Shown here one piece after another: positions 51,670-64,000 of a stretch of 64,000 nucleotides of DNA. Both the position numbers and the translations under genes were made by a program. Source of the DNA: Eledone cirrhosa. Its lineage: Eukaryota. Under the pieces are notes generated by a model. That model ran no database searches and had not been told where the DNA came from. It saw only the letters and a list, made by a program, of their open reading frames with translations. The stretch lies in assembly GCA_964016885.1 (NCBI GenBank), contig OZ024747.1, positions 41,478,001 to 41,542,000 on the forward strand. Direction: 5' to 3'. The stretch's first letter is position 1. Each line of letters begins with the position of its first letter.

Positions 51670-54600
51670 TATCTAACAATTATAACAATAGAGTCATTTG
51701 AGTATCCAAATTACTTATAAATGTAACCAGGAGCATGGTATTATACTAGATAAACAAATTTGTTCAAATATATAGAAACGATATACATATAATAAATAAA
51801 TAATTACAATCATTATTAGTAATGTTATAATTGTAGTTTTACTTCCAGTTCAGTGGAGAGAAAGACTAATATATGTCGACTAGTATGATTTGTGACATTT
51901 ATACCTAAATATATATAAAAAAAATATATATGTACAAATCTAACTTTCTGAATCCCAAAACATACTCAAAATGTGTAAAATATATAAATACATGAATGAT
52001 TTACGGTTCAATTATAACCGGTAATCTTACAAGTTATATATCCAGATTATATATTTAAAACAAAAACAAATATATAAGGATCCCAATCTAAATTATATAT
52101 ATCTAAAATAATCCAAAGGTGTGCATATTCATCAAGAGAACAAGTTAACAAATAATATGTATATATACCTAAGCAGGACCCTTCAGTCTAACATTAATTC
52201 TATCATAAATGAATAGAAAATTTAAAAAATTTTAAGTTTTATAATCTGTTATAACATTTTAGGTACACAGTTGATAAGAGACGTCAAAAATTAAAACTTG
52301 TTTATTTAGTGTTTTTTCCTGACTTTTTGCGAGGCTTGGAATGTAGACAAAGCTTTATGAAGGCAGTTTGAGAATAATTCACTTTTTTTGTTAATTAAGT
52401 TTTCATAATTATTAATTATTAATAGGGTCTCCTTAGTACAGAGGTTCCAGTTAGTTGATATAGACGAATTCGAATAGATTCTAATATTACAAACCTTCGT
52501 ACAAAAAATCGAGTATTTTAAATTTTTGTCTTTTAAAGCTGTGATAAAGAAGTCGAAGACTTCCTATTAAGATTCGAAAAAGAGCATTTGTGATTTCCAA
52601 ATCTCGATTTAAATGTCGAAGAAGTTGCCCCTATGTAGTTGTATGTGATGTTATTTGCTTTTACGGTGCATTTATACACTAAATTTCTATCTAGACAATT
52701 ATTTTGCAGTGGGCAATCTGGTTTATTTCTACAATTACATTTCGATTTATTATTATTATAATTTATATTAACACTATTATTACTTCAAAATGTTCTATTG
52801 ATAGTGCTTATATTGTTGTTAATGTTATTCAGAGTATCAATATTGTTAGTGTTATTATATTCATTATTGTTACAAGTATGCGGATTCTGGTTTAGAATTC
52901 TACTATTTAATTTAGCGATGTTTTGGGCCATATTCATAGTTGTAGAATAAGAAAGCTTAATTGGGTGTCTATTAAATATGGAACGGTATTTATGTTGAAT
53001 AGAGAAGGAATTATCTAAAGCTTTAAAGAATAGATTAGCGAGTGGTGTTTTTATTGCTACAGAAGCAGGGGGGGGGGGGCATATAACTGATTTAGTTCTG
53101 CTTTTTTTTCACCGATTTATTCACAGTACAGATGTTTGAATTATAATTTTTAGAATTTCGTTTATACATGTCAGTCCTATTATTATTTTTATCAGGATTA
53201 AGATTAAAATTATTATTGTCTATATATTCTATATTATTTTTATAACCTGCCTTTCTTAGCGCATCATTGTAATATCCTGCTTTTTCATCAAATATGGATT
53301 TATTAGCAGATATTCTAGTTATGCGTTTCTGTACACTATTGACAATTGCATTTTTCACAGATTTAGGGTGATTAGAGTAATAACTAACGTAATTTAAGTT
53401 TTCATTGGGCTTATGGAAAGGGTAATAAAAACCAGAGTTTAAGTTAAGGGTAACATGAAGGAAATTAACTATTTTAGTACCACTTTCAACCTCTTATTTA
53501 AGGTCGTAATTTTTAAAGAATTCAATTATATTTTTCTTAACCCTATTTAGTTCTGTATTGCTGTGTTTGACAACCGTAAATAAAATATCGTCCCTATATA
53601 AACCACCGGTAATCTCCGGCAGTTTTCTATTTACCATATTTAAGATGAAAATCCCCAGAAGATCCGTGACTTGCGCTGAGTCCGATGATCACATGGTAAT
53701 GTCAAAGTTGCTATTTCTATCCGAATGGGTCCAATACTCATTGTTGAAATTAATTAGAGTTCTTCTAGCAGTTAATATGATATCGATTTCATCCGTTGTT
53801 AGATCTGTATGCTTGTAAGCGTAGGATAAAGCCTTATTTAATAGGTTAGGTGTAATGGAAGAGTAATAGCTTGCTATGTCCATTTGGATGAATTTGTGGT
53901 TTTTCTTATCATCTATATTTTTAAACCAATCAATCACTTCATTGGTGTCCTTCCACAAGCTCAATTTAGACCTCAATTTTAGAATATGTAGAATTCTATC
54001 AATAATATTCTTACTGATTACTCCAATATCCGATTTAGATGGTGCAATCAGCTTATGTTTTCTTTCTCGTATTTGTAAATCCTTTAAATTTGATTTCATA
54101 AAAGTTGATTTTATAAATTAAATACGATAGTATACTTTAATATTAATACAGATACTTAATAACTTTTATAACCTAAAATATTATTCATTACTCTGAACTA
54201 ACTTAAATTAAATGTTTTGAATGTTAACGGTCAACCAGATATGTTTGGATATATATTGTATATATAGATAATTGTCTAAAGACTTGGTATTAACCTTCAT
54301 ATGAATACACCCAATTATATTTAAAATTCCGATTGATGAATATTTTTAGATATTTCAATAATTCAATGAATTGAATTTTTTCGTTTTCCTAAAGCTAAGC
54401 CCAAATGTTCTAATTTAATATCTCCCTATATTATTACATTATAAAAGTTATTCCTCTTTATCTTTCTCTCTCTGTAATCAACTCTCTTTTGTTTTCTAAG
54501 CTCCTACTAGCTACATTATCCCCTCATCTGTTTCTTCCTCTATTTCTTTCCTCTTTCTTCAGTAATTTAAATTATTTGAATCTTTAACAGTTTTATTGCT

Positions 54601-54996
54601 GCATGTATTCTTTTAAGCTTTCTCACACGCACCCTCTCTATTATATGTATTATATGTATTATATGTGGGGTTTTTTCATGTTTTCAATATTAAGGTATAT
54701 AAATATTGAGTTTTGTCATATATTATTCACTACCATGACTGAATCTTAACCATCTACTATGTCAGGGTATGTCATGCATCATCTTATTTTATCTTATGAG
54801 GACGTACTGTTGAAGTTAACTCAGTACATCTGAAATATGTATAATAAAATATACTTGATCACAAGAATATCTATTTTGTTAATATTTTGAATTAATATTA
54901 ATAACTCCGGAAAACCATTACTGTTGAGTGCTTCCAATCTATTGTAAAACTCAATTTAATTGATCACAAGAATATCTATTTTGTTAATATTTTGAA

Positions 54997-55000
<4 letters not shown>
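51670..55000 (-). mobile_element. Penelope-like copy C: RT and GIY-YIG (minus) joined at ~54053 to an inverted (+) 3'UTR/pLTR segment
   Basis: ORFs 53689..54099 and 53092..53358 match the 59874-62130 element; 54055-55000 matches its 3' end in + orientation. Confidence 0.88.
54778..54860 (+). ncRNA. Hammerhead family 1 copy with core mutation CUUAUGA (likely inactive)
   Basis: cttatgaggacgtactg...cagtacatctgaaatatgtata. Confidence 0.6.
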
Positions 55001-55081
<81 letters not shown>

Positions 55082-55084
<3 letters not shown>

Positions 55085-55718
55085 ATGCAGACACACGCAA
55101 TTGTATGGATTTCTTAATATATATATATGTGTGGGTGTGTATATGTGTGTATATATATGTGTGTGTGTATGTATATATATATGTGTGTGTTTGTATATAT
55201 ATATGTGTTTGTGTCATCATCATCGTTTAACGTCTATCTTCCACGCAAGCATGGGTTTAGACGTATATATATGTTTGTGTGTATATATATGTGTCTGTAT
55301 ATATATATATATGTGTATGTATATATATATTTATGCACACATACACATTTGTATGAATTTGTAGATGTATATATATATATGCATGTACACAATTGTATGG
55401 GTTTTTTTTTTAAATAATGACATTGTGTGTATGTGTGCATAAATATATATATACATACACATATATATACAGACACATATATATACACACAAACACACAT
55501 ATATATACACACAAACACATATACACACAAACATATATATACGTCTAAACCCATGCTTGCGTGGAAGATAGACGTTAAACGATGATGATGACACAAACAC
55601 ATATATATATACAAACACACATATATACATACACACACACATATATATACACACATATACACACCCACACATATATATATATTAAGAAATCCATACAATT
55701 GCGTGTGTGTGCATTATA
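55082..55718. repeat. ~640-bp inverted duplication of microsatellite DNA plus RTE tail
   Basis: Arms ~55082-55350 and ~55420-55718; mirror ORFs 55101(+) and 55698(-) translate almost identically. Confidence 0.88.
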
Positions 55719-55749
55719 CTTTCACTATTGAGACCTGTTGTAAAAAAAA

Positions 55750-58271
55750 AAAAACAAATTCACAATCGTAACTGTCAAAAATTAGTTTCACTTTTGAGAC
55801 CGCCCGTCTTGACGTATGCCATATAATTATGTTTAATTTCTAAAATTCAAATTTTATGAAAACAAATTTAAAGGATTTACGAAACACGAGAAAGAAAATA
55901 TATATATATATAATGTTTTATATCCTCACGAAGGTAATATTTACCAAAATTACTTATAATATTGACAACAGTTTCTATAATATAATTTATAAGATAATTA
56001 TAGTTATAATTATTAAAGAATTTATTGTTAAATAGTTTGAGTGCCTAAAGTATCAACCAGCCTTATAATTAAGCTTAAAGAAGTCAGAATTTTTTATTAT
56101 ATATATGTATTGATCATAAAATACAAAGATTATAGTTTATTATTTGTTTATAATTGAGGTGATACCTTTCAAATATATATAATATAATACAATAATGCAA
56201 TAATGCAATATAGTAAATAATTTCCTGAAGATATTGTTCAAAAATATATATAGTTAAAAATATTGTTAAAGAATTAATGTTTTATATCAATTATTTTCAT
56301 TTAGTTGATATATACTATAAAGATATGTCAAAACTATATGAGTCCTAATGATAGGGGCTAGATACAAAATAAATATACAAATAAAAGAAAATGAATTATT
56401 TGTGAAACTTAAAGATGCCCAATATTAGAAATAAATACAATAAGGTTTTAATAAAGTATAGAAAAGATATCTTTAAAATATTTTAGTGATATAAATGTGA
56501 TATAAAGAAGCGCTAAATATTTGAAAAAGCTGAAGGTAATCTAAATTTAATTAAAATAAAATAAAACAAAATAAGTTAAATTAAATTATATTATATTATA
56601 TTAAGTAAATGATTATATAAGTTCGACCTTCCAGGGAATACCAAACACTTATACCAAACACTTAACAATATAAAGTCATTTGAGTGTCTAAATTATTTAT
56701 AAATGTAACTACGATTATGTCATTACACTAGATAAATATATTTGTACAACTATATATAGATATAATTATAGGTATTAATGAAACGGTATACATTTAATAA
56801 AAAATAATAATTATAATCATTGTTAGTAATGCTATAATTGTAGTTTTACCTCCGGTTCAGTGGAGAGTTAGACCAATATTTGTCAGCTATTAAGGTTTGT
56901 TAAATTTATACCTAGATATACATAAAAAAAACAAGTGCAAATCTAACTTTCTGAGTCCCCCAAAACATACTCAAAATGAGTAAAATATATATATATATAT
57001 AAAAAATATGCAAACGCATGAATGATCCACAGTTCAAATTATAATCAGTAAATTTACAAGTTAAATATCCAAACTATATATTTAAAACAGAGACAGATAA
57101 ATAAAGATCTGAATCAAAATTATAAATATCCAAAAAATCATAGGTTATGTACATCTATCAAGTAAACAAATTATCAAACGAGTGCCCTTCATTCAAACAT
57201 TAAATCTATTATAAATGATTAGAAGATAAAGCATTATTAAAGTTTTATAAACCGTTATGACTTTTATGTTCAACAGTTGATAATAGACGTCAAAAATCAG
57301 GCCTGATTGTTTAGTGTTTTTTCCTGACTTTTTGCGAGGCTTGGAATGTAGACAAAGCTTTATGAAGGCAGTTTGAGAATAATTCACTTTTTTTTGTTAA
57401 TTAAGTTTTCATAATTATTAATTATTAATAGGGTCTCCTTTGTACAGAGGTTGCAGTTAATTGATATGGATGAGTTGGTATAAATTCCACTATTACAATG
57501 CTTCGTCCAAAAGATTGAGTATTTTAAATTTTTGTCTTTTAATGACCATATAAGCTGTGATAAAGAAGTCGAAGACTTCCTATTAAAATTCGAAAATGAG
57601 CATTTGTGATTCGCAAATCTCGATTTAAATGTCGAAGAAGTTGCTCCTATGTAGTTGTATGTGTTGTTATTTGTTTTTACGGTGCATTTATACACCAGAT
57701 TTCTATCCAGACAATTATTTTGCAGAGGGCAATCTGGTTTATTTCTACAATTACATTTTGATTTATTATTATTTATATTAACACTATTATTATGTTGATT
57801 TTGATTTCGAATTACACTGTTTATTTTAGCGATGTTTTGGGCCATATTCATAGTTGTAGAATAAGAAAGCTTAATTGTGTGTCTATTAAATATGGAGTGG
57901 TATTTATGTTGACTAGGGAATGAACTATCTAAAGCGTTAAAAAATAGATTAGCTAATGGTGTTCTTACTGCTACAGAAGCAGGGTGGGGGCAAACCATAT
58001 AACTGATATAGTTCTGGTTCTTTTCCCCTATTTATTCACAGTACAGGTGTTTGAATTACATCATTTTATTTTATCTGATGAGGACGTACTGTTGAACTTA
58101 ACTCAGTACCTCTGAAATATGTATAATAAAATATAATTGATCACAAGAATATCTATTTTGTTAATATTTTGAATTAATATTAATAAGTCTGGAAAACTTT
58201 TTTCTATTGAGTGCTTCCAATCTATTGTAAAACTCATTCTTTGATGTATTCATTGAACCTTGTTTAACTCT

Positions 58272-58275
<4 letters not shown>
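55750..58275 (-). mobile_element. Penelope-like copy B: GIY-YIG plus 3' UTR (minus) with inverted pLTR at 58058-58275
   Basis: ORF 57384..57998 (CNCRNKPDCPL..VYKC..YIGAT..FKSRFANHK). Confidence 0.9.
58060..58143 (+). ncRNA. Hammerhead ribozyme (family 1)
   Basis: CUGAUGA at 58075-58081, stem II GUACUG/CAGUAC, GAAA at 58114-58117, AUA cleavage after 58125, stem I UAUUUUAU/AUAAAAUA. Confidence 0.87.
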
Positions 58276-58352
<77 letters not shown>

Positions 58353-58355
<3 letters not shown>

Positions 58356-59280
58356 ATTATCCTAGATGCAGTAATTGTTAATTACTACACTGGATAGAGT
58401 TGACGTACGGTGAGAGGTTACTCAACGAGTTATGGAAGAATTGTTGAAGAAACTTAGTTCCTGATCCTTCTGTATTCCGGAGTGTAGATAAAGAATGAAT
58501 AATAACAGGTAGACATCATAAAAAGGTAATTTATTCTGTGTGCTTACAAATGTTTCCACGGTGGCAATACAGCCTAGTTATGCTATGTGCAAATTTATAA
58601 CTATTTGCAAAACTCAATTATCAAATGCTGTGACCACTGTATCATCAGAGCAGAATGGTTAAAATGTACAATGTAAATACCCTTAAGTGAGGTTATTGGG
58701 GAAGATAGAGTAGAAAAGGAAGAGAGAAAAGAGGGGAGAGGAAGAGAGAGAGAAAGATATGCAGGGGTTGGAGAAATGTTGTGGTAGGGGTTTTATTATA
58801 CTGGTTACTCTTAAAGCGACCACCTTAAGCGATGCGTTGATAGTCAATGTTGGAATTCTTTATTGCTCCAGAGGGCAGGTTCATAGATGTGGAGAGGGAG
58901 GGAGGTAGGCCTAGGGCGAGAGAGAGTGGAATGGATAGAGAGGGAGAGATAGAGAGGGGACAGACGAAAGCTATGGGGTGGGTGAACATTGGGTTCATAG
59001 TAGTAATCTGCGATTGCACTAAGTTCCCATTTATAGTGATAAGCAGGGTATCGTCTTGTAGTGTGGGGGAAGAGAAAGTGGTTAGCTAGAAAGCAATGTT
59101 ATAGTTACGGGTTCGAATGTTAAGTTATTTTATAGTGAGAGAATTTAGCCTTCAGTTTGTGGTTGCAGTATAATGATCGTTCGATGATTCTATCGTTAAG
59201 TAATTTATTTTTGGATTTTATGGGATATACTTTCCAGCGCAAGTGCATATCCGAGTGGATTGAAGTACTGTAGGTTATGT
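58353..59280 (-). mobile_element. Penelope-like 3' fragment of another family
   Basis: Minus-strand remnant NDRIIERSLYCNHKLKAKFSHYK at ~59120-59200; hammerhead near its (TA)n end. Confidence 0.6.
58533..58656 (-). ncRNA. Hammerhead ribozyme (family 4) with long stem II loop
   Basis: AUUCUGCU-CUGAUGA-UACAGUGG...CCACCGUG-GAAA-C-AUUU-G-UA^AGCA..CAGAAU. Confidence 0.78.
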
Positions 59281-59604
59281 AACCTTGAACTCTTTTACAT
59301 CTTAAAATCTCCTTCTACATATACCCCCCCCCTTTATCTTTCCCTCTTTATAAATCCTTTTCCAGTGGCTATCACTGGCTGTTATGATTCATGAGATGTC
59401 TTCCTAGATATATCGTAGTATCATACATTTTAAAATCTCTAGAACAGTTACAGTAAGCAACGTTTTTCTTACTCACACATTCTCTAATGAATTTATTACG
59501 TTTTCGTATTTTCTCATAATTAGGCTATATATGTAAAATCTTCTCTTGGGTTAATCACTACCTTGATTAAATCTTAACCATTTAACATCTCAGGGTATGT
59601 CATG

Positions 59605-59676
59605 TATCATTATATTTTGTCTGATGAGGACGTACTGTTGTACATCCGAAATATGTATAATAAAATGTAATTGATC
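59605..59676 (+). ncRNA. Hammerhead ribozyme (family 1, compact stem II) in 5' pLTR, sense to ORF
   Basis: CUGAUGA at 59621-59627; GGA-C-GUAC/GUAC-A-UCC; GAAA at 59648-59651; cleavage after 59659. Confidence 0.88.
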
Positions 59677-59873
59677 AAAAGAACATCTATTTTATTAATA
59701 TTTATATTTTAATATTAATAACTCCGGAAAATTATTTTTATTGTAGAGTGCTTCCAATCTACTGTAAAACTCATTCTTTGACATAATCATTGAATATTGT
59801 TTAACACTTTAATATATATTGCTCCCAACTGGTTGAGCGCTTTTCTATACAATAGATTGCATATTCAATAAAT

Positions 59874-61308
59874 ATGGATTTCTTAAACTTCCCGACTTCC
59901 CTCAAAGATATACCCATACCTTCAAATGAAGAATACATGAGGAAAACTATTGAACAGACAAACTCTTTTATTAGAGGATTGAGATGGAGAGCTTTTCATT
60001 TCGAAAATAAAGATGCTGAAAGAAAAACCAACAACAATCATTTTGAATCCTTGTTTAAATCAAGAAAAATTCCTCCATACAACAAACTTCTGGTGGTTTT
60101 TGAAACAGAAATGCTCGGCATAATCAAAAAAATTAAATTTAGGAAAAACCCATATATAGGTCACCAATACCTCAGATCTCTAAAAGATAAAATCACTGAA
60201 ATAAAAAATGTTAACAAAGTATTGGTTAAATCGGACAAAACTAATAATTTATATGGGATAAGCAAAGATGAATATAACGACCTGATTTTGAAAGAACTTA
60301 GGAAAAATTATAAAAAAAGCCCCGGCTGAGGATCTTACTGAAATTAACGAAGAAGCCTACAAATTAATTACCAATTTAGGAATACAAGGAAGAACTGAAC
60401 CTTTCTTACCTAGACAGCCGAGGATTAACCTGAAGGATCATAAAAGAAACTTTAAGGAAGAGATGCCAGTTAGACTGATTGCTCCATCGAAATCGGATAT
60501 AGGAGTAATCAGTAAAAACATCATAGATAGAATATTACCCACTCTTAAATTGAGATCTAGTTTGAGCTTATGGAAAGATACAAACGAGGTCATTGAATGG
60601 TACACGAATATTGAAGATAAGAAAAACCATAAATTCATCCAGATGGACATTACTAGCTACTATTCTTCTATAACACCTAAGCTTCTTATAAGCATACTGA
60701 TCTAACCACGGATGAAATAGATATAATTTTAACAGCCAGAAGAACTCTTATTAACTTCAATAACGAATTTTGAACACGCTCAGATAGAGATAGAAACTTT
60801 GATATCACTATGGGGGCATCTGATTCCGCGCAAATCACAGATCTTCTGGGAATTTTCATATTAAACATGATAAATAGAAAACTGCCGGAGATTACCGGTG
60901 GTTTATATAGAGACGACATTTTATTTACGGTGGTCAAACACAACAATATAGAACTAAATAGAGTTAAGAAAATTATAATAGAATTCTTTAAAACGTACGA
61001 CCTTAAATTAGAAGTAGAAAATGGTACCAAAATAGTTAATTTCCATGACGTTACCTTTAACTTAAACACCGGCTTCTATTACCCTTTTCATAAGCCTAAT
61101 GAAAACTTAAATTATGTTAGTAACTATTCAAATCACCCTAGATCTGTAAAAAAGCTATAGTAAATAGTGTGCAAAAACGTATAAATAAAATATCAGCCAA
61201 TAAAGATATATTTGATAAAAACGCTGAATACTACAACAACGCGTTAAAAAGAGCAGGATTTATGAATAATATAGAATATGTAGATAATAATAATCCAAGT
61301 ATTATTCC

Positions 61309-61340
<32 letters not shown>

Positions 61341-62130
61341 TATATAAGAGAAACTCTAATAATTATAATTCAAACACCCATACGCTAAATAAATCGAGAA
61401 TACGAACTAGATCTAAACCAGTCATATGGTTTGCCCCCCCCCCCTGCTTCGGTCGCAGTTAAAACACCAATTGCAAAATTATTCTTTAAAGCTCTTGACA
61501 CCTCTTTCCCTACTCAACATAAATACCATTCCATTTTTAATAGACATACTATTAAATTCTCACATTCTACAACCAGTAACATGGCCCAAAACATTACCAA
61601 ATTAAACACCAAAATCCTAAAACCAAACCAGCATAATGATCATAATAATAGAGTTAACATAAATGATACTAAACCAAAATGTAATTGTAGAAATAAAACT
61701 AATTGCCCTTTGAAAAATAATTGTTTAGATAGTAATTTGGTTTATAAATGCACTGTAAAAACTGATCACAAAACATACAACTACATAGGTTCGACCTCTT
61801 CCACATTCAAAGCCCTTTTTGCGAACCATAAATGCTCATTCTCGAACTCTAAGAGGAAATCATCCACGTCTTTATCACAGCTCATATGGTCATTAAAAGA
61901 GAAGAATTTAAAATACTCCATTCTTTGGACAAAACTTCGGAACTGTGGAATTTACCGCAACTTTAGTATATCAAATAACTGCCCGCTCTGTACAGTGGAG
62001 ACCCTGTTGATTATTAATAACTAATTAACAAAAAAAGTGAATTATTCTCTAGTTGCCTCCATAAAGCTACGTCCACTTTTTTAGCCTCCCATAAATCGAG
62101 AAAAAAAGAGACACTAATATCAAACCATTA
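59874..62130 (+). pseudogene. Penelope-type RT plus C-terminal GIY-YIG endonuclease, frameshifted
   Basis: KSDKTNN, RLIAP, QMDITSYYSSI, TMGASDSAQ, GLYRDD, FHDVTF, YVSNYSNHP, CNCRNKTNC, VYKC..YIG, CPLC..E; at least 4 frameshifts or stops. Confidence 0.92.
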
Positions 62131-63965
62131 ATAACTTGGTTACCAGGAATATATAATCAACAGTGAAAAACATTAATGGCCTTTAATATTGCTTTATATA
62201 TAATATATCTATAGAAGAAATAACGCTCGAATGAATGACACTTGTTCAATAACATGCCGGAACATTGATACACATAACATTATTTTATTAACTTTGATCA
62301 ATACCATCATTTCTTTATTTCTTTATTTCTCTATCTATCTTCCTATTTATGCTTATAATTTAGTATAATACCCAATCCTTACATATTTACGGAACTTATC
62401 TATAACTGAATTTTTAATGCATTTTTGATCTCTTTTAAATTTTAGTTTAATACCCAATCCAAACATTTTTATGGAACTTATCTATAACTGTGAAATTTTA
62501 ATGAGTTTTTGATCTCTTATTTATAGTATAATATAATATAGTATATGCATATATTTTTTTAATATATTTACTGCACTTTAAAATCTAAAATTTAAGACAG
62601 ATTCAAACTTATATAGAAATGTAAATTTTTGCTGCGCTTTTGATCTCTTATTTATAATATAATGTATTATAATATGTATGTAGTTATATATTATATTTTA
62701 TATATTTTTAAATATACCTACCACATTTCTATATATATGATTCAAATATAGAGAAAATATCCAAACTAAAAATTATTATAGACATTATTTTGAACTCTGA
62801 ATTATCCATGCACTCATTATTGTTTTTCTTTATATATATATGTGTGTATTTAAATGTAACACGTTGAACTCTACTTTATAAAATTATAACTGTTATCATT
62901 TACCTAAAGTATACTACACCACTAATACCTAATATATATCTATATATATATATACCTCCCTATATCTTCCTATACACAATTTTTACTTAACTTCTAAATT
63001 TCTTGATTACGTACACTCTGAACTAAGAATAATTAATGCATTTACACCCCGTTATATATAGGTGTAACATGCCTCAATTTATTTATATTTTTCGTTATCA
63101 TTTACCTAAAATATACCGGATCAATAATATATATCTATATACATAATCGTTATTTAAATATGTCTAACAATAAATACTTCAGAAGCTTTACATACCTAAT
63201 ATGTTGATATCTTGGTTAATACATTTACACCCAGTTATACATAGGTGTATATCTAACCTTAACATGCCTCAATCTATTATCTTATTTTATTTTTATCTTC
63301 GTCGTTATTATTTACCTTAAATATACTGGCTCATTAATATATACCTATATACATAATCGTTATTTAAATATTTGTAACAATAAGTACTTCAAAAGTTTTA
63401 CATACCTAATATGTTGGTATCTTTGTTAAAGTTTAAATTTAGGTAAATAATCAACAGTATAATATTTCATTCTTTATGTGCCAGCTAAATCCTTTAAATG
63501 TTACCCTCATAAAATTCAGAAGCTTAGAAATGATAACACATTTATCAAATTTATAAAAATAATATATAAATAACCAGCAAATAATCCTGAAATCTGGAGT
63601 CTTCGCCCTAATATTATAAATTAAATATTTTCAAATTTAACCGTTTAACTTTCGGAAAAATCTCCTTCTGCATATATCACCCCCCCCCCCCCCCTCTTAT
63701 CTTTCCCTCTTTATAAATCCTTTTCCAGTGGCTATCACTGGCTGTTATGATTCATGAGATGTTTTCCTAGATATATCGTAGTATCATACATTTTAAAATC
63801 TCTAGCACAGTTACAGTAAGCAACGTTTTTCTTACTCACACATTCTCTAATGAATTTATTACGTTTTCGCATTTTCTCATAAATAGGCTATATATGTAAA
63901 ATTTTCTCTTGGGTTAATCACTACCTTGATTAAATCTTAACCATTTAACATCTCAGGGTATGTCA

Positions 63966-64000
63966 TGTATCATTATATTTTGTCTGATGAGGACGTACTG
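63966..64000 (+). ncRNA. Hammerhead (family 1) in 3' pLTR, cut off by the window end
   Basis: Identical to the 5' half of the 59605 copy; CUGAUGA at 63984-63990. Confidence 0.75.

Larger units (their letters stand above)
59305..64000 (+). mobile_element. Full-structure Penelope-like element (copy A) with direct pLTRs, probably Hydra clade
   Basis: Direct repeat 59305-59638 / 63657-64000 (runs off the window) flanks the RT-EN ORF and an AT-rich 3' UTR. Confidence 0.9.

Overview
Animal genomic DNA, most likely a coleoid cephalopod (octopus-like). This is inferred from the tRNA-SINE/RTE repeat families and the (TA)n/(CA)n microsatellites, not from a search. Bases 2527-34643 (minus strand) hold one complete 18-coding-exon DNAJC2/MPP11/zuotin gene. 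I assembled it by hand: all introns are GT-AG with consistent phases, giving 1860 nt (619 aa) with a J domain (HPD), the zuotin region and two SANT/Myb domains. Its introns are filled with RTE-clade LINEs, SINEs and MITEs. One RTE is near full length, with 321-bp tandem 5' monomers and a PHD-type finger inside its ORF. Bases ~44.4-64 kb are a nested pile of Penelope-like elements (RT plus C-terminal GIY-YIG, probably Hydra clade) inserted at (TA)n. This pile carries nine hand-foldable hammerhead ribozyme motifs from five sequence families, several inverted 5' segments and asymmetric hairpin mini-elements holding half-hammerheads. No CRISPR, rRNA or bona fide tRNA was seen. All folds and alignments were done by eye.
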